Source: Nitrospirota bacterium (GTDB lineage: Bacteria > Nitrospirota > Nitrospiria > 2-01-FULL-66-17). Taken from it: 64,000 bases of DNA. The stretch spans positions 320,001 through 384,000 of the forward strand of contig JBMOMC010000001.1 in the NCBI GenBank assembly GCA_049325335.1. The letters run 5' to 3'. This document shows positions 30,543 to 41,636 of this stretch, piece after piece. The notes under the pieces are model-generated. The model was not told the origin of the DNA and did no database searches. It saw nothing but the letters and a program-made list of their open reading frames with translations. The position numbers and the translations under genes are program-made. Each line of letters starts with the position of its first letter. Position 1 is the first letter of the stretch.

Positions 30543-33260
30543 ATGGCGCTCCATCCTGATTTCCCGAAATCGCCGTACGCCGCTCTGGTGCCGGACCAAC
30601 GATGGTTCCCCGCCGCGGAGGAGCTTCGCACCACGGCGTATGAGCGGCTCATCCCGCCTCTGGTTGCCAAGATTCGTCATGAAGTCGCTGCATGGCGAGA
30701 TGGCGGCTATGCCGGTGCCTCGGACACCTCGCGCGCGCTCCTGCAATGGTGGTTTGAGACCGAGCATCTGATCGAGCAGGCGGATGGCACGCTGTCGCCG
30801 TTCCGCTATTACTTCGCGCAGCGCGAAGCCGTGGAGACGGTCATCTGGCTGCATGACGTGCGCAAAGTCAGGGACAAGTTCGACCTCCTACGCTATTCGT
30901 CGCTGAACGAGATATCTCCAGGTGATTTTGACGAGGACTGGCCGCGGTACGTCGTTAAAATGGCGACCGGCGCGGGTAAAACCAAGGTCATCTCGTTGCT
31001 GATTGCCTGGAGCTACTTTCACAAACTGTACGAACCCGACTCGGCGCTCGCGCGAAATTTCCTGCTCATCGCGCCGAACATCATCGTGCTGGATCGGCTG
31101 CGCGCGGATTTCGATGGCCTTCGAATCTTCTTCAACGACCCGATTCTCCCGGACAGCGGGCACGCGGGCCGCAATTGGCGCGACGACTTCCAACTCACAC
31201 TGCACATCCAGGACGACGTTCGCGTCGTGCGCGAGACGGGCAACCTCTTTCTCACCAACATCCACCGCGTCTATCTCGGGGATGTGCGCGAGCCCTCGTT
31301 GGAAGACGACGACTTGCGCGATTATTTTCTGGCCCCCTTCGGTCCCAAACCGGTCGGCAGGACGACCGACAGCAAGGCAGACCTGGGAGAGATGATTCGC
31401 GAGATCGATGAACTGGCCGTGTTCAATGACGAGGCCCACCACATCCACGACCCTAAGATGGCGTGGTTCAAGAGCATTCAGGACATCCACCATCGGATGC
31501 TGCAAAAGGACGGCCGCTTGGCCTTGCAAGTGGACGTGACCGCCACACCCCGGCACAACAACGGCAGCATCTTCGTGCAAACCGTCTCGGACTATCCGTT
31601 GGTCGAGGCCATTCATCAGAACGTCGTGAAGCACCCGGTGCTGCCGGATGCCGCCAGCCGAGCCCGGCTGCAGGAGCACACGAGCGCGATCTTCAGCGAG
31701 CGGTATGCCGATTACCTGCAACTGGGCATCGAAGAATGGCGCAAGAGCTATCCCGAGCACGAGCAGCTTGGGAAGAAAGCGGTGTTGTTCGTGATGGTGG
31801 ACGACACCAAAAACTGCGACGAGGTCGGCGCCTATCTGGAGAAGACCTGTCCGGAGCTGCAAGGGGCCGTACTGGTCATCCACACCAATCGGTCGGGCGA
31901 TATCTCCGAGTCCGCCTCCGGCAAGGCCAACAAGGACGAACTGGTGCGGCTGCGCGAACAGGCCAACAAGATCGACACCTGGGCCAGCCCGTATAAAGCC
32001 ATCGTCTCGGTCCTGATGCTCAAGGAAGGCTGGGACGTGCGTAATGTGGCAACCGTCGTCGGCCTGCGCGCGTACTCTGCCCAGAGTAACATCCTCCCCG
32101 AGCAGACCCTGGGTCGCGGTCTGCGCCGCATGTATTTCGGTTCGGACATTCCGGAGACCGTGTCGGTCATGGGCACGCCGGCCTTTATGGAGTTTGTCGA
32201 ATCCATTCAGAGCGAGGGCGTCACATTCGAACGGGTGCCGATGGGGCCCGGCTCCGAACGCAAGGAGTCGCTCGTGGTCGAGGTGGATACCCGAAACGCC
32301 GACAAGAATCTCGACACGCTCGACATTGCGATCCCGAAACTGACCCGGCGCTTCGACCGGGCATACAAGAACCTCGATGCCCTCGACCCGGAGACATTTG
32401 GCAATCCCAAACTCCCGCTCAAACCGTTCACGCCGGAGCAAACGCGTGAGATTGTCTTCAAAACCATGCTGGATGCCGAAGTACACCATACGATTTTGCT
32501 CGACGGTGCCGGCCCCGCGGACTACCGTTCCGTCGTCGCGTTCTTTGCTCGCCAATTGTTGAAGGACTTGCGCCTGGTTGGCGGTTACGAGTTGTTGTAT
32601 CCAAAGGTGAGGGACTTCATGGCCGGGTATTTGTTCGCCGACTCGCCGGTCACGCTCGAAGACCCGGTGGTGCTCCGCAATCTTTCCGAGCCCGAGGCCG
32701 GAAAGATTTTGTTCGACTCGTTCAAAAAGGCCATCAACGCGCTCACCGTCCAGGAGGCCGGCACATCCCGGATCGAAGACCGCATTCGTCTCCGCGACAC
32801 GCGGCCCTTTCGGACCGAGAACCGGCCCTACCTCGCGCCGAGGAAATCGGTCTTCAGCAAGATCGTCGGCGAGGCCCACGCCGGGGGCTTCGAGCTGACG
32901 TTCGCCGGATTTCTCGACGCGGCGCCCGATGTCGCAGCCTTCGGGAAGAACTACGACCTCGTCGGCTTCAAGATCGACTACGTAAAAGCCGACGGCGACC
33001 TCTCCACCTACACGCCCGACTTCCTGCTGAAAACCGTCGACGGCACGGTTTGGATTGTCGAGACTAAAGGCCGCGAGGAACTCGACTTGCCGCAAAAGAT
33101 GGCCCGCTTGCGCCAGTGGTGCGAGGATGCAACCCGCGCAAGCCAATCCGAGGGCGGGCCAGCATACCGGTTTGTATACGTGGACCAGGAAGGCTACGAG
33201 CGCAACCCGCCGCGCACCTTTGCCTCGCTGGTCGCCGGTTTCACTGAATACCAGACCTAG
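30543..33260 (+). CDS. res: Type III restriction enzyme Res subunit (SF2 helicase plus PD-(D/E)XK nuclease)
   Basis: MATGAGKT, DEAHH, TATP, MLKEGWDV, EQTLGRGLR, YTPDF...VETKG. Confidence 0.88.
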   Translation: MALHPDFPKSPYAALVPDQRWFPAAEELRTTAYERLIPPLVAKIRHEVAAWRDGGYAGASDTSRALLQWWFETEHLIEQADGTLSPFRYYFAQREAVETVIWLHDVRKVRDKFDLLRYSSLNEISPGDFDEDWPRYVVKMATGAGKTKVISLLIAWSYFHKLYEPDSALARNFLLIAPNIIVLDRLRADFDGLRIFFNDPILPDSGHAGRNWRDDFQLTLHIQDDVRVVRETGNLFLTNIHRVYLGDVREPSLEDDDLRDYFLAPFGPKPVGRTTDSKADLGEMIREIDELAVFNDEAHHIHDPKMAWFKSIQDIHHRMLQKDGRLALQVDVTATPRHNNGSIFVQTVSDYPLVEAIHQNVVKHPVLPDAASRARLQEHTSAIFSERYADYLQLGIEEWRKSYPEHEQLGKKAVLFVMVDDTKNCDEVGAYLEKTCPELQGAVLVIHTNRSGDISESASGKANKDELVRLREQANKIDTWASPYKAIVSVLMLKEGWDVRNVATVVGLRAYSAQSNILPEQTLGRGLRRMYFGSDIPETVSVMGTPAFMEFVESIQSEGVTFERVPMGPGSERKESLVVEVDTRNADKNLDTLDIAIPKLTRRFDRAYKNLDALDPETFGNPKLPLKPFTPEQTREIVFKTMLDAEVHHTILLDGAGPADYRSVVAFFARQLLKDLRLVGGYELLYPKVRDFMAGYLFADSPVTLEDPVVLRNLSEPEAGKILFDSFKKAINALTVQEAGTSRIEDRIRLRDTRPFRTENRPYLAPRKSVFSKIVGEAHAGGFELTFAGFLDAAPDVAAFGKNYDLVGFKIDYVKADGDLSTYTPDFLLKTVDGTVWIVETKGREELDLPQKMARLRQWCEDATRASQSEGGPAYRFVYVDQEGYERNPPRTFASLVAGFTEYQT

Positions 33261-33262
33261 AG

Positions 33263-34903
33263 ATGCTGACCGCCCATGACGAGATTGCCCGCTTATTGAC
33301 CGAGCCGGAAGGGGAACGGCTCGAATTCAAATCGGCATCCGGTAATTTTCACTTCGAAAAGCTGGTGGACTACTGCGTGGCCCTTGCCAACGAAGGCGGG
33401 GGAAAGATCGTATTCGGCGTAACGGATCGCCGGCCTCGCGAAGTCGTCGGAACCGCGGCGTTTGCGGAGCCCGGCCGTACCGAAGCCGGTCTATACGAAA
33501 GACTCGGCCACCGAGTGCGTCTCGAAGAAACACGGTATGACGGCAAGCGCATTCTGATCGCGCATATTCCAAGCCGGTTGCCGGGAACGGCCTGGGAGCA
33601 CGAGGGACGTTATCTCCGCCGGGCCGGCGACGATATTGTCTCGATTCCTCCAAACGAACTGCGTGCCATCTTCGCGGAGGCGGGACCTGACTACACGGCC
33701 GAACCCAGTGCAGCCGTGCTATCCGATCTGTCGCTCGAAGCGCTTTCGGAATACCGACGGCGCTGGTCCAGGAAGGCCGCAAACCCGCGCATCATGGACT
33801 GGAATGATGCTGAACTGCTGACCAATGCCGAACTGTTGGTGGAGGGACGCCTGACCAATACCGCTCTCATCCTGTTCGGAACACAGCAAGCGCTCGGCCG
33901 GTATCTGCCGCAGGCGGAAGTCATCTTCGAGTACCGGTCATCGGAGGCCTCCGGACCCGCGCAGGATCGCGCCGAATTCCGGGAAGGCTTCTTCCTCTTT
34001 CACGACACGATCTGGCAGCGCATCAATCTCCGCAACGACCGGCAAAGCTATCAGGACGGCTTGTTCCGGTACGACATCCCCACCTTCGACGAAACCTCGA
34101 TCCGCGAGGCGCTGCTGAATGCGGTTGCCCATCGCGATTACCGGTTGGGCGGCTCGATCTTCGTGCGCCAGTATGCTCGTCGGCTGGAAATGGTCAGCCC
34201 CGGCGGCTTCCCGCCCGGCATCTCGGCTGAGAATATCCTGGACCAGCAAAATCCTCGCAACCGCCGACTGTCAGAAGCTCTGGGGCGCTGCGGTCTGATA
34301 GAGCGTTCGGGTCAGGGCATGAATTTGATGTTCGAGGCGGCGATCCGTCATAGCAAACCGCTGCCCGATTTTACCGGTTCGTCATCCCATGAGGTCCGCC
34401 TGACGTTGAAGGGTACGGTACAGGATGCCGCCTTCATCCGGTTTCTGGAACGGGTGGGCGAGGAGCGTCTGCGGGCTTTTTCCACGCACGATTTTCTGAT
34501 CCTCGATGCACTACGACGCGAACAGCCATTGACAGGCGCACAAAAAACGAGAATCCCCGCCCTGATTGATGCCGGTGTTGTGGAGTCGCACGGCCGCGGC
34601 CGCGGCGTGCGCTACTTGCTGTCGCGGGGCCTGTATGCCGCACTTGGCAAACGAGGCGCCTACACGCGCAAGCGGGGACTGGATCATGACACGAATAAGG
34701 AATTGCTCCTCAAACATATCCGCGAAAACCATACGGATGGCAGTCCCTTGCGGGATCTTACGCAGGTGCTTCCCGCCCTCTCCAGCTCAAAAATTCAGGC
34801 GTTGCTCCACGAATTGCGCCATGAAGGGCGCATCCAGGTTCGCAGCACGAGACGGTGGGCTCGCTGGCATTTGGCCTCACCCAAAGCGGCAAACCCGGGA
34901 TGA
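33263..34903 (+). CDS. Schlafen/AlbA_2 domain protein with HATPase_c_4-like and winged-helix domains
   Basis: EGERLEFKS, VALANEGGGKIVFGVTD, REALLNAVAHRDY, SPGGFP, PRNRRL, IERSGQG. Confidence 0.85.
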   Translation: MLTAHDEIARLLTEPEGERLEFKSASGNFHFEKLVDYCVALANEGGGKIVFGVTDRRPREVVGTAAFAEPGRTEAGLYERLGHRVRLEETRYDGKRILIAHIPSRLPGTAWEHEGRYLRRAGDDIVSIPPNELRAIFAEAGPDYTAEPSAAVLSDLSLEALSEYRRRWSRKAANPRIMDWNDAELLTNAELLVEGRLTNTALILFGTQQALGRYLPQAEVIFEYRSSEASGPAQDRAEFREGFFLFHDTIWQRINLRNDRQSYQDGLFRYDIPTFDETSIREALLNAVAHRDYRLGGSIFVRQYARRLEMVSPGGFPPGISAENILDQQNPRNRRLSEALGRCGLIERSGQGMNLMFEAAIRHSKPLPDFTGSSSHEVRLTLKGTVQDAAFIRFLERVGEERLRAFSTHDFLILDALRREQPLTGAQKTRIPALIDAGVVESHGRGRGVRYLLSRGLYAALGKRGAYTRKRGLDHDTNKELLLKHIRENHTDGSPLRDLTQVLPALSSSKIQALLHELRHEGRIQVRSTRRWARWHLASPKAANPG

Positions 34904-35008
34904 ACTCTTTAGAAAATAAAGGAACACAAAGAAAACAATATGTTATATAGCAGAAACACTAGGCAGTTCATTCAAGACCGACTCTTTAGCGACGGACCGT
35001 ACTGACCG

Positions 35009-37352
35009 ATGCCCCGACCGCCCAAACAGTCCTACGACCTCTCGGACGCCGAGAAGCGCGACCTGATCCAGCTCATCCAGCAGGGCAAGTCGCTGCCGGA
35101 GAAATACCGCTTCCTCCTGTTCGAGGACAAGCGCGAGGTGGAGTTGGTGTGGAACGGCAAGACCCGCGAGGTCTGCACCACGGTGCTGCCGTTTCAGTCG
35201 TTGGAGCACGTGGACGAACCGCGTCAGGACGCGCCAGAAGACCCGCAGCTTGGCTTGTTTGATACGCGCGGCCGCCAGATCAAGGGCTGGACCAATAAAC
35301 TCATCTGGGGCGACAACAAACTGATCCTCTCCTCGCTCAAGAGCGGCGCCCTGCGCCGGCAGATCGAAGACGCGGGCGGTTTGAAGCTCATTTACATCGA
35401 CCCGCCGTTCGACGTGGGCGCCGACTTTTCCATGGACATCGAAATCGGCGGCGAAACCTTCCATAAGGAGCCGAACCTGCTGGAACAGATCGCCTACCGC
35501 GACACCTGGGGGCGCGGGGCTGACAGTTTTATTTCGATGATCTATGAGCGGCTGATCCTGATGCGTGATCTGCTCCACGAGGAAGGGAGTGTCTATGTTC
35601 ACATCGGCTCAAGAGTCAGCCACCTCGTAAGGCAGGCAGCCGAAGACATATTTGGCAGAGAAAACAGTCGCGCAGAACTAATCTGGAAACGCACGTCGGC
35701 CCACGCAAACGTTACAAATAACTACGGCGCTGTTCATGACACGGTGCTCTTTCTCACGAAGGGCGATCGATGGACGTGGAATCAGCAACACGCTGATTAC
35801 GACAAAGCATACGTGGACCTTTTCTTTGACCAAGTAGACGAGACCGGTCGTCGATACGCGCGTCGCGATCTCACGGCATCCATGACGCGGGCGTCAAGTG
35901 GCCAGATTTACACTTGGAAAGGAATTACCCCTACCGGTAGCCGGTGCTGGGCGATGACAAAAGAGAAAATGGATGAGCTTGATGCGCAGGGACGCATTCA
36001 TTGGCCAGCGAATAAGGGAGGAATGCCACGGCTCAAATTCTATGCCGATGAAGCGTCCGGCGTCCCGCTTCAAGACATTTGGTGATGATGTCGGCGCAAT
36101 GCACAATCTCTCCAGTGAGCGTCTCGCTTACCCGACGCAGAAGCCCGAATCGTTCGTTGAACGGTTCATTCGCACATCATCGAATGAAGATGATTTGGTA
36201 GCCGATTTCTTCTGCGGCTCAGGCACCACGGCGGCGGTCGCGGAGAAGCTCGGGCGCAAGTGGATTTGCACCGACCTCGGTAAGTTCGCCATCCACACCA
36301 CGCGCAAGCGGTTAATTCAAATCCAGCGCGAGTTGAAGGAGACGGGCAAGCGGTTCCGCGCCTTCGAGGTGCTGAACCTCGGGCGCTATGAGCGTCAAGC
36401 CTATCTCAACGTCGGCGGCCGGCTCAGCGGCACGCAAAGGGAACAGGCGCTGGCGCAGAAAGAACGTGAGTTCCGCGAGTTGATCCTGCGCGCCTACCGT
36501 GCCCAGCCGCTGGAGGATGCGAGCTTTTTCCACGGCAAGAACGCGGGTCGGCTGGTCGTGGTCGGCCCGATCAACCTGCCAGTGGGGCGGCTGTTCGTCG
36601 AAGAGATCATCACCGAATGCCGCAAGCGCGGCGCCTCGCGCGTGGACCTCCTCGCTTTCGAGTTCGAGATGGGGCTCTTCCCCGCGGTGCTGGAGGAGGC
36701 CAAGCAGAAGGGCATCGATCTCGTGCCGAAACAGATTCCTCCCGAGGTATTCGACAAACGGGCGGTCGAGAAAGGGCAGGTGGTGTTTTTCGACGTCAGC
36801 TTCATTGATGCCACGCCGCGCTACAACAAGAAAGACAAGTTCACGGTCCAGATCGAATTGACGGACTTCTCTGTTTACTACACCCAAGGCGCGGCCGAGG
36901 CCGCCGCCGCGAGCCTCAAAAACGGCAAGAGCGAAGTGGTCTGCGAACAGGGCCAGCTCATCAAGGTGAGCAAGGACAAAGAGGGCGTGGTCACGCGCGA
37001 CACGCTCACCAAACACTGGACCGACTGGGTGGACTACTGGGCCGTGGACTTCGACTACATGAGCCGCAAGGAAATCATCAAGGTACCGGTGGGCAGCGGC
37101 GTCGAAGGACACTTACCCGGCATAGAACCGCCGCAAGGCGAACTCGCATTGCCCGAGTTCGAAGAACGCTGGACCGGAAGCTACATCTTCGAAAACGAAT
37201 GGCAAAGCTTCCGAACCCGCAAGGACCGCACGCTGGAACTGACCTCCGCGCCGCACACCTATCCCAGTGCCGGCCGCTACACCGTAGCCGTGAAAGTGAT
37301 CGACATCTTCGGCAACGACACCATGGTGCTCGTGCCGGTGAACGTGGGGTAA
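35009..37352 (+). pseudogene. mod: Type III Mod (beta-class adenine) DNA methyltransferase split by a +1 frameshift at about 36083
   Basis: 5' ORF carries motif IV (IYIDPPF) and the TRD and ends QDIW-TGA; the +1 frame continues DDVGAMH..YPTQKPE..DFFCGSGTT (motif I); removing one T restores QDIWDDV. Confidence 0.8.
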
Positions 37353-37361
37353 GCTTCGCCC

Positions 37362-37400
37362 TCCGGGATCATATTGCCGACACTGGCAATATGATCCGGA
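37362..37400. terminator. Perfect hairpin between the convergent mod and galT genes
   Basis: GGATCATATTGCC-GACACT-GGCAATATGATCC (13-bp arms). Confidence 0.65.
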
Positions 37401-37413
37401 TCGCGTCAATCGC

Positions 37414-38415
37414 CTACAGATCCACCTCCCGCAAGAACTTCGCGGTTTCCTCGGGCGGGGTCGGATTGATGTAAAAACCTGATCCGCGTTCGAATCCCGC
37501 CAGCTCGGTGAGTTTGGGCATGATCTCGAAGTGCCAGTGGTGGTAGTCGTCGGTTTTGTCGCGCAAGGGCGCGGTGTGGAGGATGAAGTTGTAGGGCGGC
37601 GAGTCCAGCGCCCGATCCAGACGGCGCAACACTTCGGAAAAGATCCGCGCGAGCGATTCCACGTGGGACTTTTGCGCTTCTTCGAAGTTGGACGCATGCG
37701 TCTTGGGCAGGACCCAGACTTCAAACGGAAACCGCGGCGCAAACGGGGCCAGACAGACGAAGTCGCCGTTCTCGCACACGATCCGGCTGCCGTCGGTCAT
37801 CTCTTGCTTGAGGATGTCGCAGTAGATGCACCGCTCCTTTTCCGCGAAGTGTTCCTTGGCGCCGTGTAACTCCTCCAGCACGTGGCTCGGAATGATAGGC
37901 AAGGCGATCAACTGGGAATGCGTGTGCTCGAGCGACGCCCCGGCTTCGGCGCCGTGGTTTTTAAAGATCAGGATGTACCGAAACCGAGGGTCTTTGCGCA
38001 GGTCGAGGATCCGATCGCGGTACGCCCAGAAGATGTCCTCGAGCGATTTTTCCGGCATGGTGGAAAACATCGCCTTATGATCCGGCGTTTCGATGATGAC
38101 CTCGTGGGCGCCGATACCGTTCATCTTGTCGAACATGCCCACGCCTTCGCGATTGAGTTTGCCCTCGATTTGCAACGCCGGGAATTTGTTGGGCACCACC
38201 CGCAGGGTCCACCCCGGCGTGTTGGCGCGACCGGAGTCGGCGCGGTACGCCAGCACTTCGGACGGCGTGAGCTGTTCGTTGCCCGGACAAAAGGGGCAGA
38301 GCGAGCCCCGCCCGGGCACTTCTCGGCTGATCTTGAAGTCCGACGGCCGTTTCCACCGCTCGGTGGAAATGATCACCCACCGTTCCACAATCGGGTCTTT
38401 GCGTAGTTCAGGCAT
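37414..38415 (-). CDS. galT: GalT-family nucleotidyltransferase (Gal-1-P uridylyltransferase or ADP-glucose phosphorylase-like)
   Basis: ELRKDP, CPFCPGNE, VVPNKFPAL, GAHEVIIE, GASLEHTHSQ (HxHxQ), AGFERGSG. Confidence 0.88.
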   Translation of the reverse strand: MPELRKDPIVERWVIISTERWKRPSDFKISREVPGRGSLCPFCPGNEQLTPSEVLAYRADSGRANTPGWTLRVVPNKFPALQIEGKLNREGVGMFDKMNGIGAHEVIIETPDHKAMFSTMPEKSLEDIFWAYRDRILDLRKDPRFRYILIFKNHGAEAGASLEHTHSQLIALPIIPSHVLEELHGAKEHFAEKERCIYCDILKQEMTDGSRIVCENGDFVCLAPFAPRFPFEVWVLPKTHASNFEEAQKSHVESLARIFSEVLRRLDRALDSPPYNFILHTAPLRDKTDDYHHWHFEIMPKLTELAGFERGSGFYINPTPPEETAKFLREVDL

Positions 38416-38433
38416 TGCGATGCATCCTTTCGG

Positions 38434-40593
38434 TTACACGCTCCACATCCGCGATTCAAAATCCCGTCCCGGAACCACGAACGAACACGGCCGGTCGGGC
38501 GGATACCGCCCCAGCTCCACGCCACCTTCCCAGACTTCCACGAAAAACTCGATCCGTTCGCCTTCTTTGACATCGAGGTCGGCGAACGGGACCGCCACTT
38601 CCACCACCCGGTCGATCGCCACACGCGACGCGGTCGGCACCGTTATAGTATCCGCTCCGTCGCCCCGTGTCAGGGTACAGGCGCCGTCGCGCCGGCAAAG
38701 CGGAAACGCGAGGCTCAGCGGCCGCGGGGCGACCACGTGGCACCGCCCGGCGAACGTACCGGGGGACGACCTGAGCACGCCCGGCGACACGTCCAGCCGC
38801 AGGTACAAGTTCTCCAGGTCGAATCCGAAGAAAAACGCGGACGCGTACGCCACCGGGCAGTACATCTGCCCCGCGTCGCTGCGCACCATGTACCGGCTCG
38901 CCGAGGACCATTCGTAAAACGAGGTCGCCCGGCCGTCGATCGTCGGGTGCATGAGCCCCACCGGTTCGCACATCCGCTCCTGATCACGTTCGATCTTGAT
39001 GGCTTGTCGCAACGCGGGCGGGACCGGCTGATTGAGGAGTTCGTATACCCGGGCGAGGTGCAGGCGAAAAATTCGGTCAAATTCCGGCGACAACATACTG
39101 GAAAATTCGTCGCCGTACCACCAGAACCAATCGCTGCCCTCGGCCGCGTACAACGCGTCCCACGCGTCCTGCAGGGCGCCGGCAGTCGCGTGGCTGGCGC
39201 GGGCCGCCAAAAAGTTTCGCGTCCGACGCAACACCGTCCACGCCTGGTTGTCCTCCGGATGCCCGATCCAAATCCGAAAGTTCTGGTTGATCCACGACCC
39301 GGAGTGCAGGTGCGTCAGCTCCGCGACGTCCGATGCTTCCCGGATCGCTTCCCCGACGGTGGCCGACCGGACGTCGCGCGCCTCCGCCAATCGGCGGTAC
39401 ACCGCGGACAAAAACCCTTCGCCCCCGTCCGGATACGCTTCCCAGGGATTTTCCCCGTCCAACATGACCGCCACCACCGGCTGGGACGACGCATCGCGCG
39501 CCGCAACAGCGCGGACCCGCGCGCAAAAGTCCTCGGCGGCCGCGTGGGGCGCGTTGTGCGCGTAGGTAAACCCGATCAGATCCGACAGCGTGCGGTCGCG
39601 AAACACGACGTGCACCGACGCGCCGTCCACCGTGACCCGATACGGCGCGTGGGGCGCGGCCGGCGATCCCCGCGCCACGCTCGAGCGCGCCAACACGCCT
39701 TCGTCGCTGGCCATCCACCGGATGCCGTGGCGCGCGGCAAGGGGCACGACTTCGGGCGACACCGACCCCTCGGGCGGCCACAACCCCTCGGGACGGCGGC
39801 CGAACACGCGTTGGTGATGGTCCACGGCGCGCGCCAGTTGCGCTTCCGCGTCCTCCGGCGCGGCGAACCGCTCCGGCAACTTCGCGTCCGGCGCAGCCCG
39901 CCGGGCGGATTCGCTGTCGATCAACAACGGCAAGATCGGATGATAATACGGGCTAGTGGTCAACTCCGCCGTCCCGGCGTCCGCCAAGGCACGGTACCGC
40001 GGGATGAGTTCGCGCAGCACCGCGGCCTGCGTGTCCACGACCACGCGTTTGTCCGCCTCGCTGAAGCGCTCGCCCTTGGTCCGCAACTGGTCGATGACCG
40101 GATACCGCTGCCGCGCCGCATACCCGAACCATGCCAGATTGAACCACATCTGGAGATCGAGCAGTTCCTGCGTGGAAAATCGGCGCGCCACCGACGGCCA
40201 CTCCTCCGATTCCACCGCGACCCCGCGCTTGAGCAGCAGGCTCCAGTATCGCGGCGCGGGCCGGATCATGGATTCCCAATGCGCCATAAAAAAGTGCTGC
40301 AACACGAACACGCGATCGTCGGGTTCAAGATCCGCGGCCGGGCGACTCGTCACCTCGAGAAAACGATCCTGCACGCGTTCCTCGACCAGGTCCTGGATCT
40401 GGGCGATCAGGGACGGCACCAGGTTGAAGGTCTGACGCACGTCCGCGAATCGCTCGGCCAACACCGCCATGTCGTAGTACGCCTTGGTGCCGTGCAGCCG
40501 CACCCACGGTAATCGGACGCACTGGGTCTGGCGATCAAGGTAGGACGGCTGGTGCATGTGCCAGAGAAACGCGACGATCGGCGGCCTGCTCAT
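38434..40593 (-). CDS. GH57 glycoside hydrolase (amylopullulanase-like)
   Basis: WHMHQP, HPILPLL, GLWPPEGSVS, LDGENPWE, AEGSDWFWW. Confidence 0.9.
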   Translation of the reverse strand: MSRPPIVAFLWHMHQPSYLDRQTQCVRLPWVRLHGTKAYYDMAVLAERFADVRQTFNLVPSLIAQIQDLVEERVQDRFLEVTSRPAADLEPDDRVFVLQHFFMAHWESMIRPAPRYWSLLLKRGVAVESEEWPSVARRFSTQELLDLQMWFNLAWFGYAARQRYPVIDQLRTKGERFSEADKRVVVDTQAAVLRELIPRYRALADAGTAELTTSPYYHPILPLLIDSESARRAAPDAKLPERFAAPEDAEAQLARAVDHHQRVFGRRPEGLWPPEGSVSPEVVPLAARHGIRWMASDEGVLARSSVARGSPAAPHAPYRVTVDGASVHVVFRDRTLSDLIGFTYAHNAPHAAAEDFCARVRAVAARDASSQPVVAVMLDGENPWEAYPDGGEGFLSAVYRRLAEARDVRSATVGEAIREASDVAELTHLHSGSWINQNFRIWIGHPEDNQAWTVLRRTRNFLAARASHATAGALQDAWDALYAAEGSDWFWWYGDEFSSMLSPEFDRIFRLHLARVYELLNQPVPPALRQAIKIERDQERMCEPVGLMHPTIDGRATSFYEWSSASRYMVRSDAGQMYCPVAYASAFFFGFDLENLYLRLDVSPGVLRSSPGTFAGRCHVVAPRPLSLAFPLCRRDGACTLTRGDGADTITVPTASRVAIDRVVEVAVPFADLDVKEGERIEFFVEVWEGGVELGRYPPDRPCSFVVPGRDFESRMWSV

Positions 40594-40754
40594 GGGGAAC
40601 GCCCTCGCGAGCGCCCGAGGATAACAAGCGGTGGGACCGAATTCAAGAACGTGGATTTCAGCCCGTTAATTCACTATAATCGCTGCGCGGCCTGTGCTGC
40701 GGCTCAGCCCGTGTGCGCCGACTCGACGCAAGACGCTCGGAAGGAGAGGGAGTG

Positions 40755-41636
40755 ATGGATCAGGGAACGTGGAAGGTCAAGGTCGGCTTCGCCGAAATGC
40801 TCAAGGGCGGCGTGATTATGGACGTGACGACGCCGGAGCAGGCGCGCATCGCGGAAGAAGCCGGCGCGGTCGCGGTCATGGCGCTCGAGCGCGTGCCCGC
40901 GGATATTCGCGCGCAGGGCGGCGTGGCGCGGATGGCCGATCCCAAGATCATCAAGGGGATCATGGCGGCGGTTACGATTCCGGTGATGGCCAAGTGTCGG
41001 ATCGGACACCTGGCCGAAGCCCAGATCCTCCAGCAGTTGGGCGTGGATTTTATCGACGAGAGCGAGGTGCTCACGCCCGCCGACGAACACTACCACGTGG
41101 CCAAACAGGCCTTCACCGTGCCGTTCGTGTGCGGGGCCCGCGACCTGGGCGAGGCACTGCGGCGCATCGGGGAAGGCGCGGCCATGATCCGCACCAAGGG
41201 AGAAGCCGGATCGGGCAACGTCGTGGAAGCGGTGCGGCACATCCGCCAGCTCACGGACCACATGCGCCGACTCACCGTGGCGCCGCCGGAAACCCTGATG
41301 GCCGAAGCCAAAACCCTGGGCGCGCCGTACGAACTCCTGACCGAGGTTGCCAAAACCGGCAAACTACCCGTGCCCAATTTCGCGGCGGGCGGGGTGGCCA
41401 CCCCGGCCGATGCCGCCCTGCTGCGCCTGTTGGGCGCCGAGGCCGTGTTCGTGGGCTCCGGCATTTTCAAATCCAGCGACCCCAAGGCCCGCGCGCGGGC
41501 TATCGTCGAGGCCACGACGTATTACGACCACCCCGAGGTGTTGGCACGCGTGTCTGAAGACCTTCCGGGCGCCATGGACGGCCTCGACATCCGCCGCCTC
41601 GACGAGAAAGAACTGCTCCAGAGCCGCGGATGGTAG
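40755..41636 (+). CDS. pdxS: Pyridoxal 5'-phosphate synthase subunit PdxS
   Basis: [40 protein letters not shown]. Confidence 0.97.
   Translation: MDQGTWKVKVGFAEMLKGGVIMDVTTPEQARIAEEAGAVAVMALERVPADIRAQGGVARMADPKIIKGIMAAVTIPVMAKCRIGHLAEAQILQQLGVDFIDESEVLTPADEHYHVAKQAFTVPFVCGARDLGEALRRIGEGAAMIRTKGEAGSGNVVEAVRHIRQLTDHMRRLTVAPPETLMAEAKTLGAPYELLTEVAKTGKLPVPNFAAGGVATPADAALLRLLGAEAVFVGSGIFKSSDPKARARAIVEATTYYDHPEVLARVSEDLPGAMDGLDIRRLDEKELLQSRGW

Noticed and set aside
30888..33146. 752-aa antisense ORF (also 38737-40512, 44498-45799 and 51993-53282)
   Set aside because: Shadow frames of real high-GC genes with no recognisable motifs.
36071..36090. Programmed +1 frameshift or phase variation in mod
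   Set aside because: TGG-TGA gives no good re-pairing codon, and there is no homopolymer or tandem repeat tract.
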